A DNA stretch of 63,958 bases, filler included, from Octopus bimaculoides (lineage: Eukaryota): assembly GCF_001194135.2 (NCBI RefSeq). It is 11 parts of 10 records of this genome, joined end to end, with 100 filler letters (N's around TTAATTAATTAA, not from the genome) between each part and the next. Parts side by side here need not be neighbours in the genome. Positions count along the whole stretch, not along the records: positions 61,145 to 63,958 come from NC_068984.1; 10 more parts are not named here. The stretch is one strand, 5' to 3'. Both the position numbers and the translations under genes were made by a program. The first letter of the stretch is position 1; each line of letters starts with the position of its first letter. The notes beneath the pieces are model-generated. The model had not been told where the DNA came from, ran no database searches, and was given only the letters and a program-made list of their open reading frames with translations. This document shows, piece by piece, positions 61,045 to 63,958 of this stretch.

Positions 61045-61164
61045 NNNNNNNNNNNNNNNNNNNNNNNNNNNNNNNNNNNNNNNNNNNNTTAATTAATTAA
61101 NNNNNNNNNNNNNNNNNNNNNNNNNNNNNNNNNNNNNNNNNNNNTATATATATAACAAATAAGT

Positions 61165-62140
61165 AGCAAAGATGTCTAGGTATCAATGCATTATGTCATA
61201 TTTCTGTAGAAGACATCAAACATGTGATTAGCAGCTGTCTCCAAAATGTCACCAATATACAACCTTCCCATGCGACTTGACGCTGTCGCAAAAACAATAT
61301 GTAATGCTATTCAGAAAAAAAGACTGTCTCGGAATAAATAGAGAATCTCCACTGTTATAGAATACGTACACAAATATCATCACAAGGAATACTGGAATAC
61401 TGGTGGAACCTTCCCGTCAAAACATCTGTCGAATGTAAACATGATAGACAAGAAGACGTATGTACCATCATAGAGGTCAGCTATCCTCAGGGGCGTCGCG
61501 TGACTTTTAGAGGCCCCCTGCAACTTTTCGCTTCGAGGCCCCGATCCCTTTAATCAAAATTCATAATCTACGCACCTTTCATTTCTAGCTATATTTTACT
61601 TTATTCTATCAGAAGTTCAATATTTCGCGTTATCCTAAAGAACATCTTTTAAAGAACAAGTGAAATATATTTAAGTCAATGACAAATTTCAATACGTAAA
61701 ACTTCAAGATATGTGAGTAATAAGGACCAGAGTACAGAAATCTATTTAGGTAGCGACGTTCGTGATACAAGAACTTTTGCAGGTACAATGCGTTGGGGCC
61801 CTTCAACTGCGGAGGCCCCTTGCGACCGCAGGAGTTGCAAGGGCTTAGCGACAGCCCTGGCTGTCCTGCTGATGTGAATATCTCTTTAAAAATCAATGAG
61901 AAAGAAGATAGCTATGGACAACTGCTTCGAAACCTCCAGTTTCTATATCTACATTATAAATTTACATTTGTACCAATAATAATTAGAGCACTTAGTTTTT
62001 TAAGTAAATGCCTAACTGTCCGTCTGGATAAGCTTGGATTTTCAGAAAAAGAAATCAACCAACTGACGCGCTTATTACACATACAACTCGTAAGTGGAAC
62101 AGTAACACTATGCAAGTCTTTTCACAGGTTTAAAATGTGA
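61165..62140 (+). mobile_element. RLE-type (R4-like) LINE 3' end split by a MITE
   Basis: CHISVEDIKHVISSC, WWNLPVKT, IIEVS|CPADVNI..KINEKEDSY, FVPIIIRAL. Confidence 0.8.
61488..61859. mobile_element. 372-bp hAT-like MITE
   Basis: TIRs CAGGGGCGTCGC / GCGACAGCCCTG (10/12); 8-bp TSD GCTATCCT / GCTGTCCT. Confidence 0.88.
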
Positions 62141-62248
62141 CATTGTTTCTGTTACCTCCATTCTAAAGACGGGGGCGGGTTGTATATTTGTTAGAAACCA
62201 GTTCTTTCTTCGGAGAAAGAATTTAAATGATTAAAAAGAGGAGAGAAA

Positions 62249-62430
62249 CATACATACACACATACATACATACATGCATACATACATACATACATACATG
62301 CATACATACATACATACATACAAACATTCATACATACATATATACATACGTACGTACATAATACATACATACACACAAACATACATACACACATACGTTC
62401 ATACATACACACATACATACATACATGCAT
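62249..62430. repeat. (CATA)n microsatellite
   Basis: Direct reading. Confidence 0.95.
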
Positions 62431-63164
62431 ACACAGATATCTTTTAATTTGATCAGCTGAAAGTAGCAGTACAAAGTTATAACAGTGTTCGTATTTTCCT
62501 CTCTGAGAGTTTCTCACTTCAGCTATCGCCATCTTAGAATAAACCTCAAACTAGAAAGCGTTAACAAGCCTCGTTTTGATCTGACACCATTCGCGGCAGA
62601 AAAGCGATAGTTTCCTATTTTCAAGACTTGGAAAATTCAGAGGAATCATTCTCGAGAGATCGAATATGGAAGGAATGTAATCCGCTTCCTGAAAACCTGA
62701 ACGGTAATTTGACACAAATATTTGACAAGATTGATTACTGCAAGAACATAAGGAAGAAGGAAATTGGTGAAGAGGGAAATTCCTAGATTTACTTGCAAGT
62801 TTGGTAAATTCAAGATCGATAGTAAAACTGACTAAAGATAGTAAAAAAAACTGCTGGGATTGGTTCCAGAATTCCTGCAAGAACCATTTCTTCAATGTTT
62901 GGAGATTGTTTGTAGCTCGTTCATTGTATATATAGTGTGGTGGTGATGATGATGGCGGCAGTGGTGATAGTGAATCTCTGTCGCTTAACAACGAGGATTT
63001 AATCGTTCTATCAACCGAATTATCTGCTCCTGACTGAACGTACAAGTGGCTGCGTATCCCACAGACACACGTTTCCGTTATCCTCGGACACAATCAGAAT
63101 GACTCAGCGTGTACGACAAAGCTCTACCTTATGAAATACAGCCACAATCAGCCCGACAGGATTC

Positions 63165-63447
63165 CGTACAATTTCCGTTTTCTTAATATCACTAACAAGG
63201 TATGGGTCGACCTAAGACTATATAAGAAAAGACATTTGCTCAAAATGCCATGGAATGGGAATGAACCCAAGACCTCGCGGTTACGAAACGAGCTCCTTAA
63301 CCCCATTAGACTTTACTTCACCTACCAACAAGAACGAAAAACAAAATACAACGACCGGCAGCCCGCGTTACAACCTCGTGGTATCGGGCTCAATTCCACC
63401 TTGGCCAAGTGTCTTCTACTATAGCCCTAAGCCGACCAAAGCCTTTA
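63165..63447. mobile_element. Two decayed SINE family 1 heads, head-to-head
   Basis: Minus copy 63165-63303, plus copy 63357-63447. Confidence 0.6.
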
Positions 63448-63958
63448 GCAGAAAGGAATACACAAGAAAGAAAGAAACAAAGAAAAAAAAAGGTGAGTGC
63501 AAAGGATGTATGCTTTGGTAATTCATCTGACATCCATGTTACACGGTGGCCTGGTCCTGGCTAACAGACCGGACGGAACATAATTCATAGAAAGATACGT
63601 AGGCCTCATGAAAGGAGAATGAAACGACTGTTGTAGTTCAAACATGCGATTGTAGTCACAGCACATAAACACAATGTCCCAAGATAAATAGAATTCCTCT
63701 CGGCTGAACTCAAAAGCATAAATGCAACAATAACTGCTGTCAAGCTAAGATGTTGAACGTGTTTCAAACAGGTTGTCAGATAAATTCGTTCGTTTCTTAT
63801 ATATATACCAAAGTAATCACATAAATGCGAAACAAGGTGGTAAAAATAGTACTCGAATACCAGAGGTAGAGCAATATACTTTATTAAAAAGAAGCAAAAG
63901 TAACAGTTTTTGTGATATTTTTGCTGCTTTTTAATAAAGCATATGTGTGTGTGTGTGT

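Noticed and set aside
10185-61100. Ten identical TTAATTAATTAA motifs as a biological repeat or CRISPR-like array
   Set aside because: Always centred in exactly 44+44 N; an assembly linker.

Overview
Eukaryotic, AT-rich, repeat-saturated DNA. The microsatellite load and the tRNA-derived SINE families point to an octopus genome (inference; O. bimaculoides-like). The window is not one locus: ten identical 100-bp spacers (44 N + TTAATTAATTAA + 44 N) join 11 unlinked scaffolds (1-10140, 10241-30256, 30357-34874, 34975-42084, 42185-45579, 45680-49433, 49534-54280, 54381-56671, 56772-59077, 59178-61044, 61145-63958). No host gene can be called with confidence and almost all coding signal is decayed transposon: R4/Dong-like and RTE LINEs, Tx1-like LINEs, Penelope-like elements (Naiad- and Neptune-like), a Gypsy gag, solo LTRs, Tc1/mariner (DD34E, DD37D, ~DD41D), hAT and Tc2 MITEs, and at least three SINE families. 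The strongest signal is 16.7-27.9 kb: a head-to-tail array of Tx1-type retrotransposons separated by one recurring junction, AATAAA-G(A/C)GAAAAC(A/C)GG(TGATTGTCA). Two of the units carry only ORF1 (HAL1-like) and end in a small hairpin with a compensatory base change, and the same LTR family has inserted twice into the array. Also notable: a type I hammerhead ribozyme fold at the 3' end of the Naiad-like element (12155-12250, minus strand) and three R4/Dong copies that each abut (TAA)n tracts. All alignments and folds were done by eye; none was computed or searched.
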